A model generated the notes under the pieces. It was given only the letters and a program-made list of their open reading frames with translations, had not been told where the DNA came from and did not search any database. Both the position numbers and the translations under genes were made by a program. From positions 3,374 through 67,373 of the forward strand of contig JAGQME010000002.1 in the NCBI GenBank assembly GCA_020428795.1: 64,000 nt of DNA. The letters run 5' to 3'. The stretch is from Candidatus Kaiserbacteria bacterium. Lineage in GTDB: Bacteria > Patescibacteriota > Minisyncoccia > Phycocordibacterales > UBA918. Shown here one piece after another: positions 20,012-29,804 of the stretch (its first letter is position 1; the number at the start of each line of letters is the position of its first letter).

Positions 20012-20269
20012 ATGAGCAAATTTACCGACAAAGTTAAGCTGGTTGTTTCCAAAATTCCCGCTGGAAAAACCATGACTTATAAAGAGGTCGCTAGTCAGGC
20101 TGGTAATCCCAAAGCTGCCCGAGCCGTGGCTAATATTATGTCAAAGAATTACGACTCCGCCGTTCCTTGTCATAGAGTAATAAGAACGGACGGGTCGCTA
20201 GGTGGATATAATCGTGGCGGAGAATCAGCCAAGCGAAAAATATTATTATCGGAGGGGGTAAAACTTTAA
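20012..20269 (+). CDS. minimal MGMT-family (O6-alkylguanine-DNA alkyltransferase C-terminal DNA-binding domain) protein
   Basis: 85 aa with PCHRVI, the active-site Cys motif of Ogt/Ada-C, and HTH-like TYKEVASQAG. Confidence 0.65.
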   Translation: MSKFTDKVKLVVSKIPAGKTMTYKEVASQAGNPKAARAVANIMSKNYDSAVPCHRVIRTDGSLGGYNRGGESAKRKILLSEGVKL

Positions 20270-20273
20270 ATTT

Positions 20274-20573
20274 ATGAATCAGGATGACAAAAGACTGGCT
20301 GAAGCCGAGCGGGAGAGGACACGTCTACAAAACCTAAACGTAAAATTGATACAAGAAATTTCCTTGGCACAAAAAAATAAAATAAATGTTGTAGCCGAAA
20401 TCAGGCGTAAAGCGGAAAACGACATTCATGAATTTGAAAGAAAAGCCGATCGTGATATAGAAAAGTTAGAGCATGACCAAAAAAGATTAGAGAACCTGCT
20501 TCGAAGCAATAACATCACCATTATGAACCTAGAGCGGGAGATGGAAAATAAGCGTCGAACCAATCAACAATAA
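20274..20573 (+). CDS. hypothetical coiled-coil protein
   Basis: 99 aa, highly charged with heptad-like E/K/R-rich sequence. Confidence 0.4.
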   Translation: MNQDDKRLAEAERERTRLQNLNVKLIQEISLAQKNKINVVAEIRRKAENDIHEFERKADRDIEKLEHDQKRLENLLRSNNITIMNLEREMENKRRTNQQ

Positions 20574-20624
20574 GTCTAATTCTATTAAACAGATAAGGGT
20601 TTTAGTGTTACAATCATATTTAAT

Positions 20625-21224
20625 ATGTTGTACACTTACCGCATAGAACAAGCGATTAGAGCCGCCACCATTTTACACAAAGATCAGGTACGCAAAGGTG
20701 ACGCTCCCATTCCTTACATCAGCCACCTGTTTTCAGTAGCCTTAATAACCAGTGAATATGCTCCTGTTGAGGATTTGGTGATTACCGCTTTACTCCACGA
20801 CACTCTTGAAGATACGGATTATACGGCCGAAGAATTACAAGATGACTTTGGTGGTGAAGTTAGGGTAATGGTTGAAACATTGTCAGAACCACAAAGTAGT
20901 GGGGAAATTGAATACAGTTGGCAAGATAGAAAAAACCATTATCTCAAAAAATTGAAAGAGGCTCCGGAAGAAGTTCTCATCGTTGCAGCGGCTGATAAAA
21001 TCCATAACCTACGATCAATTGTGGAAGATTACTACGAAAATCACCAACAATTCCTCGCTGATTTCGGCAACACTCATGATAAAAGAATCAATTTTTACGA
21101 GAAATTGTCTGAACTTTTAAACGAGAGATTAAGCAATCCTATTATTAACGAATTCAATAACGTATTTGCAGAATACAAAAAATTTATCCATGACATCGAA
21201 AAATCTAGAGAAACCGAATTTTAA
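20625..21224 (+). CDS. HD-domain protein (RelA/SpoT-type (p)ppGpp hydrolase-like)
   Basis: ISHLFSVA...LLHDTLEDT is an HD_4-like pattern. The protein is 199 aa with no synthetase domain. Confidence 0.6.
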   Translation: MLYTYRIEQAIRAATILHKDQVRKGDAPIPYISHLFSVALITSEYAPVEDLVITALLHDTLEDTDYTAEELQDDFGGEVRVMVETLSEPQSSGEIEYSWQDRKNHYLKKLKEAPEEVLIVAAADKIHNLRSIVEDYYENHQQFLADFGNTHDKRINFYEKLSELLNERLSNPIINEFNNVFAEYKKFIHDIEKSRETEF

Positions 21225-23019
21225 AGACAGGGAAGAGAAAGGGTTGCCAAAATTAGGAAAAATCGAAACTAACTGGAATCTAAAAAAACATTTTTACAAA
21301 TCAGATAAAGATCCGCAAATCAAACAAGATGAGTTGGATTATCAAAAAGCGATTGCTAAGTTTCGTAAAGAATTTTATGGTAAACAATTTACGACTTCGA
21401 CTGAAAAATTACTAAAAGCTCTAACAAAATATGAGAATTTAATTAATAAATTTCAAGCTGACAAGATTCTCAGGTATTTCTCATTTCGTTCCACTCTAAA
21501 CGTAAATGATGATGTTGCCAACAAAATGCTAGCTCAGTATTCTGAGAAGTTTAGAACCCTGTCCAACGACTTACTTTTTTTCAAACTAGAGCTAGGAAAA
21601 ATTCCTAAAAAACAACAAAAAATTTACTTAGCTGATCCCAAACTAGCGGATTATCGTTACTTTCTTTCAACCTTGTTTAAAAATGCTGAACATCATTTAT
21701 CTGAGCCAGAAGAAAAGATTTTAACTCTTAGAGCCAACACTTCGGCAGAAATGTGGTACGAGGCAGTTGAGAAAATAATTTCCAATCGAGACATAAAGTT
21801 TAAAGGGAAAACTATCAAAATCCCCGAGGCCTTAGAAATGATTAGCCTGCTTAAGTGGCACGAAAAAGATAAGCTATGGAACCTTATTTTGGATGAGTTA
21901 ATACAGATTAGTGAAGTAGCCGAACACGAACTCACTGCCATTGTTAACCACGAAAAAGTCTCAGATAAATTAAGGGGTTTTAAAAAACCTTACTCGGCTT
22001 CAATCTTAAGTAACGAAAATAGCGAGAGCTCAGTTGAGGCCTTGGTTGACACCATCACTAAAGAAGGTTTTAAACTGAGTCGTCGTTTCTACAAACTAAA
22101 GGCTAAGATTCATAATCAAAAAACCATCCCCTACGTCAATCGTTATGATCCAATTGGTAAACTACCTAACCCAACCTTCCTAGATTCAGTTGAGATTTGT
22201 CGTGACACCTTTTATTCAGTTAAATCTGATTACGGCGAGATTTTTGACAGACTACTAAAGAACGGACAAGTTGATGTTTATCCCAAAAAGGGTAAACGAG
22301 GCGGCGCTTTTATGGCGGGTACCTTGAATCTACCGACCTTTGTTATGCTTAATCATACCAATGATCTAAAATCACAGGCTACGCTAGCTCATGAGATGGG
22401 TCACGCCGTACACGCTGAAAGAAGCAAGGGACAAAGAGCTATATATGAATCTTTTTCTACCACTACCGCCGAAACAGCCAGCACCCTGTTTGAACAACTG
22501 GTTTTAGACAGAATCTTCGAACGATTATCTAATAAGGATAAAGTTATTTTCTTACACGACAAATTGAATCGGGATATTGCCACCGTACAAAGGCAAATCG
22601 CTTGTTTTAACTTTGAACTGGAGATGCACAACCATATCCGTGAGAATGGGGTAGCCACCAAAACCGAACTGGCCACCATGATGAATAAACATCTCAAAGC
22701 CTACCTTGGTGAAGCTGTCTCACTTACTGAAAAAGATGGGTATTTTTACGTTGCTTGGCATCATATAAGATACGGATTTTATGTTTACACCTATACTTAC
22801 GGACACCTGATTAGTAACTTAATGGCCCAAAATTATCAAAAAGACAAAAACTACGTAAATCAAATTGATAAGTTTTTGTGTTCTGGTGGCGTGGATAACG
22901 TAGACAATATCTTTAAATCTATCGGGATAAACACTAAAAGCAACCAGACTTTTCTCCACAGCCTAAAAACTCAAGACAGAGAACTAAAAACTCTAGAATC
23001 ACTTTTGAAAAATAAGTAA
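21190..23019 (+). CDS. pepF: oligoendopeptidase F (M3B family)
   Basis: HEMGHAVH zinc motif and ~600 aa length. The start is uncertain: ATG at 21166 or 21190 (overlapping the upstream gene) or TTG at about 21244. Confidence 0.85.
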   Translation: MTSKNLEKPNFKDREEKGLPKLGKIETNWNLKKHFYKSDKDPQIKQDELDYQKAIAKFRKEFYGKQFTTSTEKLLKALTKYENLINKFQADKILRYFSFRSTLNVNDDVANKMLAQYSEKFRTLSNDLLFFKLELGKIPKKQQKIYLADPKLADYRYFLSTLFKNAEHHLSEPEEKILTLRANTSAEMWYEAVEKIISNRDIKFKGKTIKIPEALEMISLLKWHEKDKLWNLILDELIQISEVAEHELTAIVNHEKVSDKLRGFKKPYSASILSNENSESSVEALVDTITKEGFKLSRRFYKLKAKIHNQKTIPYVNRYDPIGKLPNPTFLDSVEICRDTFYSVKSDYGEIFDRLLKNGQVDVYPKKGKRGGAFMAGTLNLPTFVMLNHTNDLKSQATLAHEMGHAVHAERSKGQRAIYESFSTTTAETASTLFEQLVLDRIFERLSNKDKVIFLHDKLNRDIATVQRQIACFNFELEMHNHIRENGVATKTELATMMNKHLKAYLGEAVSLTEKDGYFYVAWHHIRYGFYVYTYTYGHLISNLMAQNYQKDKNYVNQIDKFLCSGGVDNVDNIFKSIGINTKSNQTFLHSLKTQDRELKTLESLLKNK

Positions 23020-23098
23020 AAAACCAGTAATCACAAAAAACAGTTGTTAACAAACAGCCGTTATTTGGTCGATCCTTACTGTTATAATCAAGTGGATT

Positions 23099-23827
23099 AT
23101 GTTAGACCTGCTTGGAAGGGCTCTTTTAAGCCCGATTGACTATCACCACTACCTTTACCGCCACAAATTATCATTTAAAGAAAGGATTAATGAAGGTAAT
23201 GGAGTCTTTTCTTTTATTTTTGAGACTGACCACAGCTTCACTTGGCTGGCTGGACAACACGGAGTTTTTAGGTTGCCAAATGAATCGATAACAGGGAAAA
23301 GTTGGCGTGCCTTTTCGGTAGCCAGTTCATCATACGAAAATGTAGTAAAGATCAGCACCAACATCCTACCTAAACCAAGCGATTTTAAAGCCAAACTACA
23401 AAACCTCAATGTTGGTGACTTAGCTACCATCAACGGTCCTTATGGGGAATTTCACACCAAGCAAAATGACGGTCAGTTGATTGGTATTGCTGGCGGTATT
23501 GGAATCACTCCTTTCCGGGCCATTCTATACGAAATTGCAAACAACCATCTTTCCGGTACCAGCCTAGAACTTATTTACGCTGGTAAAAACGATTATTTTA
23601 CCTATAAAGACGAATTGGACAGATTTGCAGACCATCCCGCTATTAAGATTCACTACGTAAACACACCCGAGGAGGTAAATCAGCAGATCGATATTTTGAC
23701 CAATCATTACAAAAACACGGCTAAATATTTTATCTCCGGTTCGCCTGGTATGATAACCGCTGTCAAAAACACCCTTAAGTCAAAAGGTATTAAACGCATA
23801 ATAAATGATCCTTTCAAAGGGTATTAA
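23099..23827 (+). CDS. FNR-like FAD/NAD(P)-binding oxidoreductase domain protein
   Basis: RAFSVAS is the RxYS-type FAD motif. GIAGGIGITPFRAIL is the NAD(P) GGxGxxP motif. Confidence 0.6.
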   Translation: MLDLLGRALLSPIDYHHYLYRHKLSFKERINEGNGVFSFIFETDHSFTWLAGQHGVFRLPNESITGKSWRAFSVASSSYENVVKISTNILPKPSDFKAKLQNLNVGDLATINGPYGEFHTKQNDGQLIGIAGGIGITPFRAILYEIANNHLSGTSLELIYAGKNDYFTYKDELDRFADHPAIKIHYVNTPEEVNQQIDILTNHYKNTAKYFISGSPGMITAVKNTLKSKGIKRIINDPFKGY

Positions 23828-23836
23828 AAAATATTT

Positions 23837-24889
23837 ATGAAGTCTTACCAAGCTAGATTAATCAAGGTATTCAGTATCATCACCACCTTTCTGTTGGCCA
23901 GTGAAGCCAAAGCGCACGAAGTCTACGTGCTAACCGCTGATCAGGTTAAACAATTAGAAACCGAACCGGCTGTTTCGTTCCTTGATATTTTTAGCAACCA
24001 TGTCAGCAATACCATTATCTGGGGCTTGATAGTGTCCTTCATTATAGTTTCGGTTTTTATAATCTCGATTTCAGTTCGCCTAGAGAACAAATTTGATAAA
24101 TATTTGGTCAGACTGAAGCATTATGCGCCATTTATCGCCAGAATAACCGTTGGTTTAGCTTTTATATTTTGTGCCTATGAGTCAGCTATGTTTGGACCAG
24201 AACTGCCATTTCAGGCCATGTACGGTCAGTTTAGCTTGCTAGTACAAATAGCCTTCTTTTTACTTGGTCTGGCTATGATCTTTGGGTTTTACAGTCGTCT
24301 GGCCGGTATAATTGGTTTGCTGTTTTTTGGAGTCGGAATCATCAACTATGGTGTCTATATGGTTACTTACCTAAACTACTTAGTTGAGTTGGTCGTGCTA
24401 GTTTTGGTTGGTGGCCATAAGTTTTCGGTAAAACACGAACACCATATCTGGTCCAGAGGTTCAAGATTATTAGACTATATATCTAATAAGTACGGTGAAT
24501 TTGCCTTCCTTATCCTAAGAGTTGGTTTTGGAGTTTCCTTAATCTACGCTTCCGCCTACGCCAAGATATTCCATAACCAATTAGCTTTAGCGGTGGTTGA
24601 GGAATACAATCTGGTTGAAGTATTTGGCTTTGCTCCGGAATTTATTGTCTTCGGTGCCGCTATTATCGAAATATTATTGGGTATCTTCTTCATCCTCGGT
24701 CTTGAAATTAGATTTACCTCTATTGTTTTGAATGTTTTTCTAACCCTGTCTTTGTTGTATTTTGGAGAAGCAGTTTGGCCACACATAATCCTGATTGGTG
24801 TTCCAATCGCCTTTTTCTGCTACGGCTATGATAAATACTCACTGGAAGGTTACTTCTTCAAGAAAGGGAACCGGGAACCAATCTTCTAA
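23837..24889 (+). CDS. hypothetical polytopic membrane protein
   Basis: Signal-like N-terminus and ~8 hydrophobic helices with His clusters (HEHH, WPH). It lies directly after the FNR-like gene. Confidence 0.5.
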   Translation: MKSYQARLIKVFSIITTFLLASEAKAHEVYVLTADQVKQLETEPAVSFLDIFSNHVSNTIIWGLIVSFIIVSVFIISISVRLENKFDKYLVRLKHYAPFIARITVGLAFIFCAYESAMFGPELPFQAMYGQFSLLVQIAFFLLGLAMIFGFYSRLAGIIGLLFFGVGIINYGVYMVTYLNYLVELVVLVLVGGHKFSVKHEHHIWSRGSRLLDYISNKYGEFAFLILRVGFGVSLIYASAYAKIFHNQLALAVVEEYNLVEVFGFAPEFIVFGAAIIEILLGIFFILGLEIRFTSIVLNVFLTLSLLYFGEAVWPHIILIGVPIAFFCYGYDKYSLEGYFFKKGNREPIF

Positions 24890-24960
24890 AAAACTGACCA
24901 AACACACTCAGAACCCAAAAAATGGCAAAAAAGAGTATTATTTAGTATAGTGGCTAATTA

Positions 24961-26904
24961 TTGCTTATGAACGGAAACCAAATCAGAAAAAAATACTTAG
25001 ATTATATGGCTGAGAGGGGACACGCCATCGTCCCGTCTTCAGCCCTAGTACCAGAAAACGATCCAACTACTCTTTTTACCGGTAGCGGAATGCAACCCAT
25101 GGTCCCTTATTTAATGGGGGAGACTCATCCTAAAGGAACCCGTATTGCCGACTCACAAAAATGTTTTCGGGCTGAAGATATTGATGAAGTAGGGGACAAT
25201 AGCCACACTACCTTTTTCGAAATGTTAGGTAATTGGTCCCTTGGTGACTATTTTAAGTCTGAACAAATTCCTTGGATTTATTCATTTTTGGTAGACGAAA
25301 TTAAACTTGATCCAGAGAGAATTTATGTAACGACTTTTATTGGCGATAAAGCTTTAGGTATTCCCAAAGATACCGAGTCAGTTGAACTATGGCAAAAACT
25401 TTTCTCTAAAAGAAATCTATCATCAGACGTGGCTGAAATAGGTTCAGCCGACAATGGTTACAAGCGTGGTATGAAGGAAGGGGAGAGAATATTTTATTAC
25501 GACGCCAAAGAAAACTGGTGGAGTCGAGCTGGTACTCCAGACAAAATGCCGATTGGTGAAATCGGGGGTGGGGACAGCGAAATGTTTTTTGACTTTGGTA
25601 CTCCGCACGATAAAAAATACGGAGAACACTGTCATCCAGCCTGTGATTGTGGCCGTTTCCTAGAAATTGGTAACTCTGTTTTCATGGAGTACAAGAAGAC
25701 CGAATCAGGTTTTGTTAAGTTACCCAAGCAAAACGTTGATTTTGGTGGCGGTTTAGAAAGAATTTTGGCAGCTGTAAATGATAACAACGATGTCTATAAA
25801 TCAGACTTACTCTGGCCGGTCATAGAACAACTACAAACCATATCCGGCAAAAAATACGAAGATAACCTTGAAGCTTTCCGAGTTATCACCGACCATATCA
25901 GAGGAGCTGTCTTCATGATTGGAGATGATGTTAACCCAAGCAACAGTGAACAGGGCTATTTTGTAAGAAGACTAATCAGAAGAGCCGTTAGATACACCGA
26001 TGTCCTAGGTGTCAACTCCGGACAATTATCAAATCTGGCTAGAGCTGTGATTACTATATATGAAGAACAGTATCCTAATCTAAGTAACAACGCTGAAAAT
26101 ATAAAAAATACTATCAGTAATGAAGAAGAACAATTCCGCAAGACACTGGAGAAAGGTTTGAAACAATTTAATAAAATATCCTTACAAATCCACCTAACTT
26201 CTAAAGAAGTTAATGGCAAAAAAGTGATTGACACCTCAGCTAAACCAATAGAAGTAAAGGCTATTAGCGCTAAAAACGCTTTCGACCTGTTCACTACTTA
26301 TGGATTTCCAATTGAACTAACCGAAGAAATCGCTCAGGAGAAGGGGCTCGTCGTTGACAAGAAAGGGTTCACTAAACTCATGGATGAACACCGAGCCAAA
26401 TCTAGAGCTGGCGCTGAACAAAAATTCAAAGGTGGGCTAGCCGATCATTCAAACAAAGTGGTGGAATACCACACCACTACTCATTTATTGTTGGCGGCCC
26501 TCAGAAAAGAACTTGGTGATCATGTGCATCAAGCTGGTTCAAATATAACCAGTGAAAGATTGCGCTTCGATTTTACACATCCTGACAAGATTGATAGTGA
26601 TACCTTAAAGAAAATTGAAGATGAAGTAAACAAAACAATCAGCGACGGCGGGTCAGTCAATATTGAATTTATGCCAAAATCAGAGGCCGAGAATGATGAA
26701 ACCATAGAAGCCAGTTTTTGGGATAGGTATCCAGATGAAGTTAAGGTCTATACAATCAAAAACCCTAGCAACAAAATCGTATCAAGAGAGCTCTGTGGTG
26801 GTCCCCACGTTAATGATCTATCACAAATAGACGGTGTATTCAAAATTAAAAAAGAAGAATCTTCAGCGGCTGGCATAAGGCGAATTAAAGCTGTTTTGGA
26901 ATAG
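24961..26904 (+). CDS. alaS: alanyl-tRNA synthetase (short form lacking the C-terminal C-Ala/DHHA1 region)
   Basis: FTGSGMQPMVPY, FRAEDIDEVG..HTTFFEMLGNWS, and the editing-site HTTTHLL...H motifs. It is 647 aa. Confidence 0.9.
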   Translation: MLMNGNQIRKKYLDYMAERGHAIVPSSALVPENDPTTLFTGSGMQPMVPYLMGETHPKGTRIADSQKCFRAEDIDEVGDNSHTTFFEMLGNWSLGDYFKSEQIPWIYSFLVDEIKLDPERIYVTTFIGDKALGIPKDTESVELWQKLFSKRNLSSDVAEIGSADNGYKRGMKEGERIFYYDAKENWWSRAGTPDKMPIGEIGGGDSEMFFDFGTPHDKKYGEHCHPACDCGRFLEIGNSVFMEYKKTESGFVKLPKQNVDFGGGLERILAAVNDNNDVYKSDLLWPVIEQLQTISGKKYEDNLEAFRVITDHIRGAVFMIGDDVNPSNSEQGYFVRRLIRRAVRYTDVLGVNSGQLSNLARAVITIYEEQYPNLSNNAENIKNTISNEEEQFRKTLEKGLKQFNKISLQIHLTSKEVNGKKVIDTSAKPIEVKAISAKNAFDLFTTYGFPIELTEEIAQEKGLVVDKKGFTKLMDEHRAKSRAGAEQKFKGGLADHSNKVVEYHTTTHLLLAALRKELGDHVHQAGSNITSERLRFDFTHPDKIDSDTLKKIEDEVNKTISDGGSVNIEFMPKSEAENDETIEASFWDRYPDEVKVYTIKNPSNKIVSRELCGGPHVNDLSQIDGVFKIKKEESSAAGIRRIKAVLE

Positions 26905-26966
26905 CTATCCACCTCATTTGTGGTGAAAACAAACTGTATCGATACAAAACTTGTATACTGTACGTA

Positions 26967-28151
26967 ATGTTTTGGAAACATAAATCACACAAAGATATTA
27001 CTGGTGGAGTAGTGATAGATATTGGATCCGGCAGCGTAGGGGTGGCTTTGGTCGTATACGACGCTCTGAATGACGACCTTAAAATTATCTGGACGCACCG
27101 TGAACACGTCCTCACCAGAAATATATCAAACCTAAAAGAGGCCGAGCGGGCTGTTCAAACTGCCTTGGTAAACGTGTTTCTTGAGTTAGGAAATCAAGGT
27201 TTACGTACCCTAAGTGAGGTATACAAAAACCAAACCATTGACTATATCCAAGCTTCTATTTCAGCACCTTGGCAGTATACCAATGCTAAGAAGATACATT
27301 ATACGGACGACCAAGAGTTTGTGGTTGATAAAAAACTTATTGAAGACCTAACCAAGCTAGCCGAACAAGACGCTTTAAACACCATTTCCGAAAACGGTAG
27401 CTTTAAAGACTTTAATATCACCCTAACCGGCCAAGAATCTATCGGTGTCTCCCTAAACGGCTACCTTCTTGAATCTTACTTAAAGAAAAAAGCTAGCGAA
27501 ATTTCCTTTGTTCACCTCACCACCTTGGCCACCGAATCAATAATTGACACTCTCAAAGATTCTCACCAACGAATCGCTCCTAATGCCGTACTCGATATTG
27601 AACCTTTCATGACCATATTCTACAAGGTAATAATGTCACTTTACCCAAGTACCTTGGAGTGTTGCTTGGTTGATATAACAAACGAAGCCACCGAAATCGG
27701 TATTGTTAGAAATGGTACTCTGCAACACATCAACCATATTCCAATCGGTGTATCTACTCTGACTCAAAAAATTGCCACTTCGCTTTTCATACCAACCGAA
27801 GAGGCCTACACCTATCTAAAAGCCAACACTGAGTACGCTCTAGCTTCGGTCGGTAGCGCCAAACAAACCTTGATTTCCGAGATCTATGATAGTTATACAA
27901 CCGAATTAGTAAATCTATTTAGAGAAACGGGCGACACCTTATCAATTCCGCAGTCTGTCTTTATGCATACAGACCTTCAGACCGAATCAGTTTTGAGAAT
28001 GCTTTTAAAGACAGCTACCCACGTTGTTACTACCACTAACCATAATGTCTATACCGTAACCTCAGACTTAATCTCAGACTCCCATACCGGCGATACACCA
28101 ATATTACTGGGAGTTAATTACCTTGAGCAAAAATTCCGTGATGCACAGTGA
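26967..28151 (+). CDS. hypothetical protein, possibly actin-like ATPase fold (PilM/FtsA-like)
   Basis: The N-terminal VVIDIGSGSVGVALVVYD resembles the phosphate-1 motif of sugar-kinase/actin-fold ATPases. Nothing else is diagnostic. Confidence 0.35.
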   Translation: MFWKHKSHKDITGGVVIDIGSGSVGVALVVYDALNDDLKIIWTHREHVLTRNISNLKEAERAVQTALVNVFLELGNQGLRTLSEVYKNQTIDYIQASISAPWQYTNAKKIHYTDDQEFVVDKKLIEDLTKLAEQDALNTISENGSFKDFNITLTGQESIGVSLNGYLLESYLKKKASEISFVHLTTLATESIIDTLKDSHQRIAPNAVLDIEPFMTIFYKVIMSLYPSTLECCLVDITNEATEIGIVRNGTLQHINHIPIGVSTLTQKIATSLFIPTEEAYTYLKANTEYALASVGSAKQTLISEIYDSYTTELVNLFRETGDTLSIPQSVFMHTDLQTESVLRMLLKTATHVVTTTNHNVYTVTSDLISDSHTGDTPILLGVNYLEQKFRDAQ

Positions 28152-28197
28152 AAACATAGGTAAAGCTGGCTAATTTGTTATAATGTTATAAAGATTT

Positions 28198-29511
28198 ATG
28201 TCACAAAAATGGAACTTACAAGATATCCGTCCCGCTCAACCAAAAAGACGGCGTGCTAGCGAAAACGTTAGTACCGTTTCAGTTAGTAATAAAGTAGTTG
28301 ATAGAGAAGAAGCTGACGATGTCAATATAAGAATAGTGGATGGTAACAAAAAAAAGCGCCGAACCTACCTCTACGCCTTTATAATATTTTTTGTAATTGT
28401 GGGTGGTAGTTTATTAATAAGTTATTTGATCAGTGGGGCCGAAGTAACGGTTTATCCTCGTAATCGTGAACCAAATGTGAACGCTACCGTTGTCGCCTAC
28501 AAAACACCACAGGCTGGTGAGTTGTCTTACGAGATTATGTCACTTGAAGCTACTGGCGAACGACAGGTCAGCGCCACTGGTGAAGAGCAGGTGGTGGAAC
28601 AAGCTACCGGCGTAATACTGGTGTATAACAAACACTCAACCGAACCAATCAGACTAATTACCAACACCCGATTTGAAACTAATGATGGCAAGATTTATCG
28701 ACTAAAAGATTCAATTGTAGTACCAGGCTATACCAAAAGTAGCGAGGGAGTGATAGCACCGGGAGTGATAAGTGCCGACGTATTCGCTGATCAACCAGGG
28801 GATGAATACAACATTGGTCCATCTAAGTTTACTATACCGGGCTTTGCTGGCTCAGCCGAATTCGATAACGTCTACGGAGAATCCATAGAATCAATGCGAG
28901 GTGGATTTAACGGTGCTAGATTTATCATTGATGAAGCCGAATTACAGACCGCCAAACAAGCCCTACAACTTGAACTTAGAAATTCACTACTGGAGAGAAT
29001 AGACGCTGAAAAACCAGCTGGTATGGAGTTGTTTACTGGTTCAATAACCTTTACCTTTGAAACATTACCGGCGGTTGAATATGGGCCAAACCTAGCTACC
29101 ATCAAGGAGAAGGCTACTTTACGCATACCATTGTTTAAGAAATCTGATTTTGCTTCTTACGTAGCCAAGGCCACTATACCCGGTTACGAAGATGTACCAG
29201 TTAGAATAGAAGATATAAACACCCTAACCTTTAGTTACACCTCAGCCACCACCTCTTCTACCAATATTGCGGCTGTGGATTCAATCGAATTTACCTTAAT
29301 CGGACGACCTCTTATTGTTTGGGAATATGACGACGACAAACTAAAATCTGATTTAGTTGGTAAAAACCGAACTGCCTTACCAAGTGTCTTGGGTGGCTAT
29401 CCAGCTATTGAAAAATCTGAAGCTATAACAAGACCATTCTGGAACCTATCTTTTCCTGATCAGCCGGACGATATTAAGATCACCGAAATAATTGCCAATA
29501 AGTCTGAGTAG
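28198..29511 (+). CDS. hypothetical membrane-anchored protein
   Basis: Basic N-terminus, then a single TM (LYAFIIFFVIVGGSLLISYLI), then a ~360-aa extracytoplasmic domain. Confidence 0.5.
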   Translation: MSQKWNLQDIRPAQPKRRRASENVSTVSVSNKVVDREEADDVNIRIVDGNKKKRRTYLYAFIIFFVIVGGSLLISYLISGAEVTVYPRNREPNVNATVVAYKTPQAGELSYEIMSLEATGERQVSATGEEQVVEQATGVILVYNKHSTEPIRLITNTRFETNDGKIYRLKDSIVVPGYTKSSEGVIAPGVISADVFADQPGDEYNIGPSKFTIPGFAGSAEFDNVYGESIESMRGGFNGARFIIDEAELQTAKQALQLELRNSLLERIDAEKPAGMELFTGSITFTFETLPAVEYGPNLATIKEKATLRIPLFKKSDFASYVAKATIPGYEDVPVRIEDINTLTFSYTSATTSSTNIAAVDSIEFTLIGRPLIVWEYDDDKLKSDLVGKNRTALPSVLGGYPAIEKSEAITRPFWNLSFPDQPDDIKITEIIANKSE

Positions 29512-29533
29512 GGGATAAATCAAGTGTTTAGTA

Positions 29534-29562
29534 TTGACCTTTTGCTAGACTTTTGCTAAACT
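29534..29562 (+). promoter_or_regulatory. promoter TTGACC-N17-TAAACT upstream of infA
   Basis: Hexamers and 17-nt spacer read directly, 14 nt before the infA ATG. Confidence 0.45.
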
Positions 29563-29575
29563 CACACACGTTTAA

Positions 29576-29797
29576 ATGGATCAAGAAAAAGATAACGAAG
29601 AACTCGTCTACGCCACAGTAGAGGAAGCGCTACCAAATGCGCTTTTTCGCGTAATAGTAGACGGCGAAGATGAAACACAAATTGCCTATTTAGCAGGTAA
29701 GATGCGGAAGTTTCGTATCAGAGTGTTAGTCGGAGACAAGGTTGCTATTGTTCCTGACCCATACGGAGGTAAAGGTAGAATAACAAAAAGACTATAA
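29576..29797 (+). CDS. infA: translation initiation factor IF-1
   Basis: LPNALFRV...[16 protein letters not shown] is the S1-like IF-1 signature. Confidence 0.9.
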   Translation: MDQEKDNEELVYATVEEALPNALFRVIVDGEDETQIAYLAGKMRKFRIRVLVGDKVAIVPDPYGGKGRITKRL

Positions 29798-29804
29798 ATT
29801 TAAT

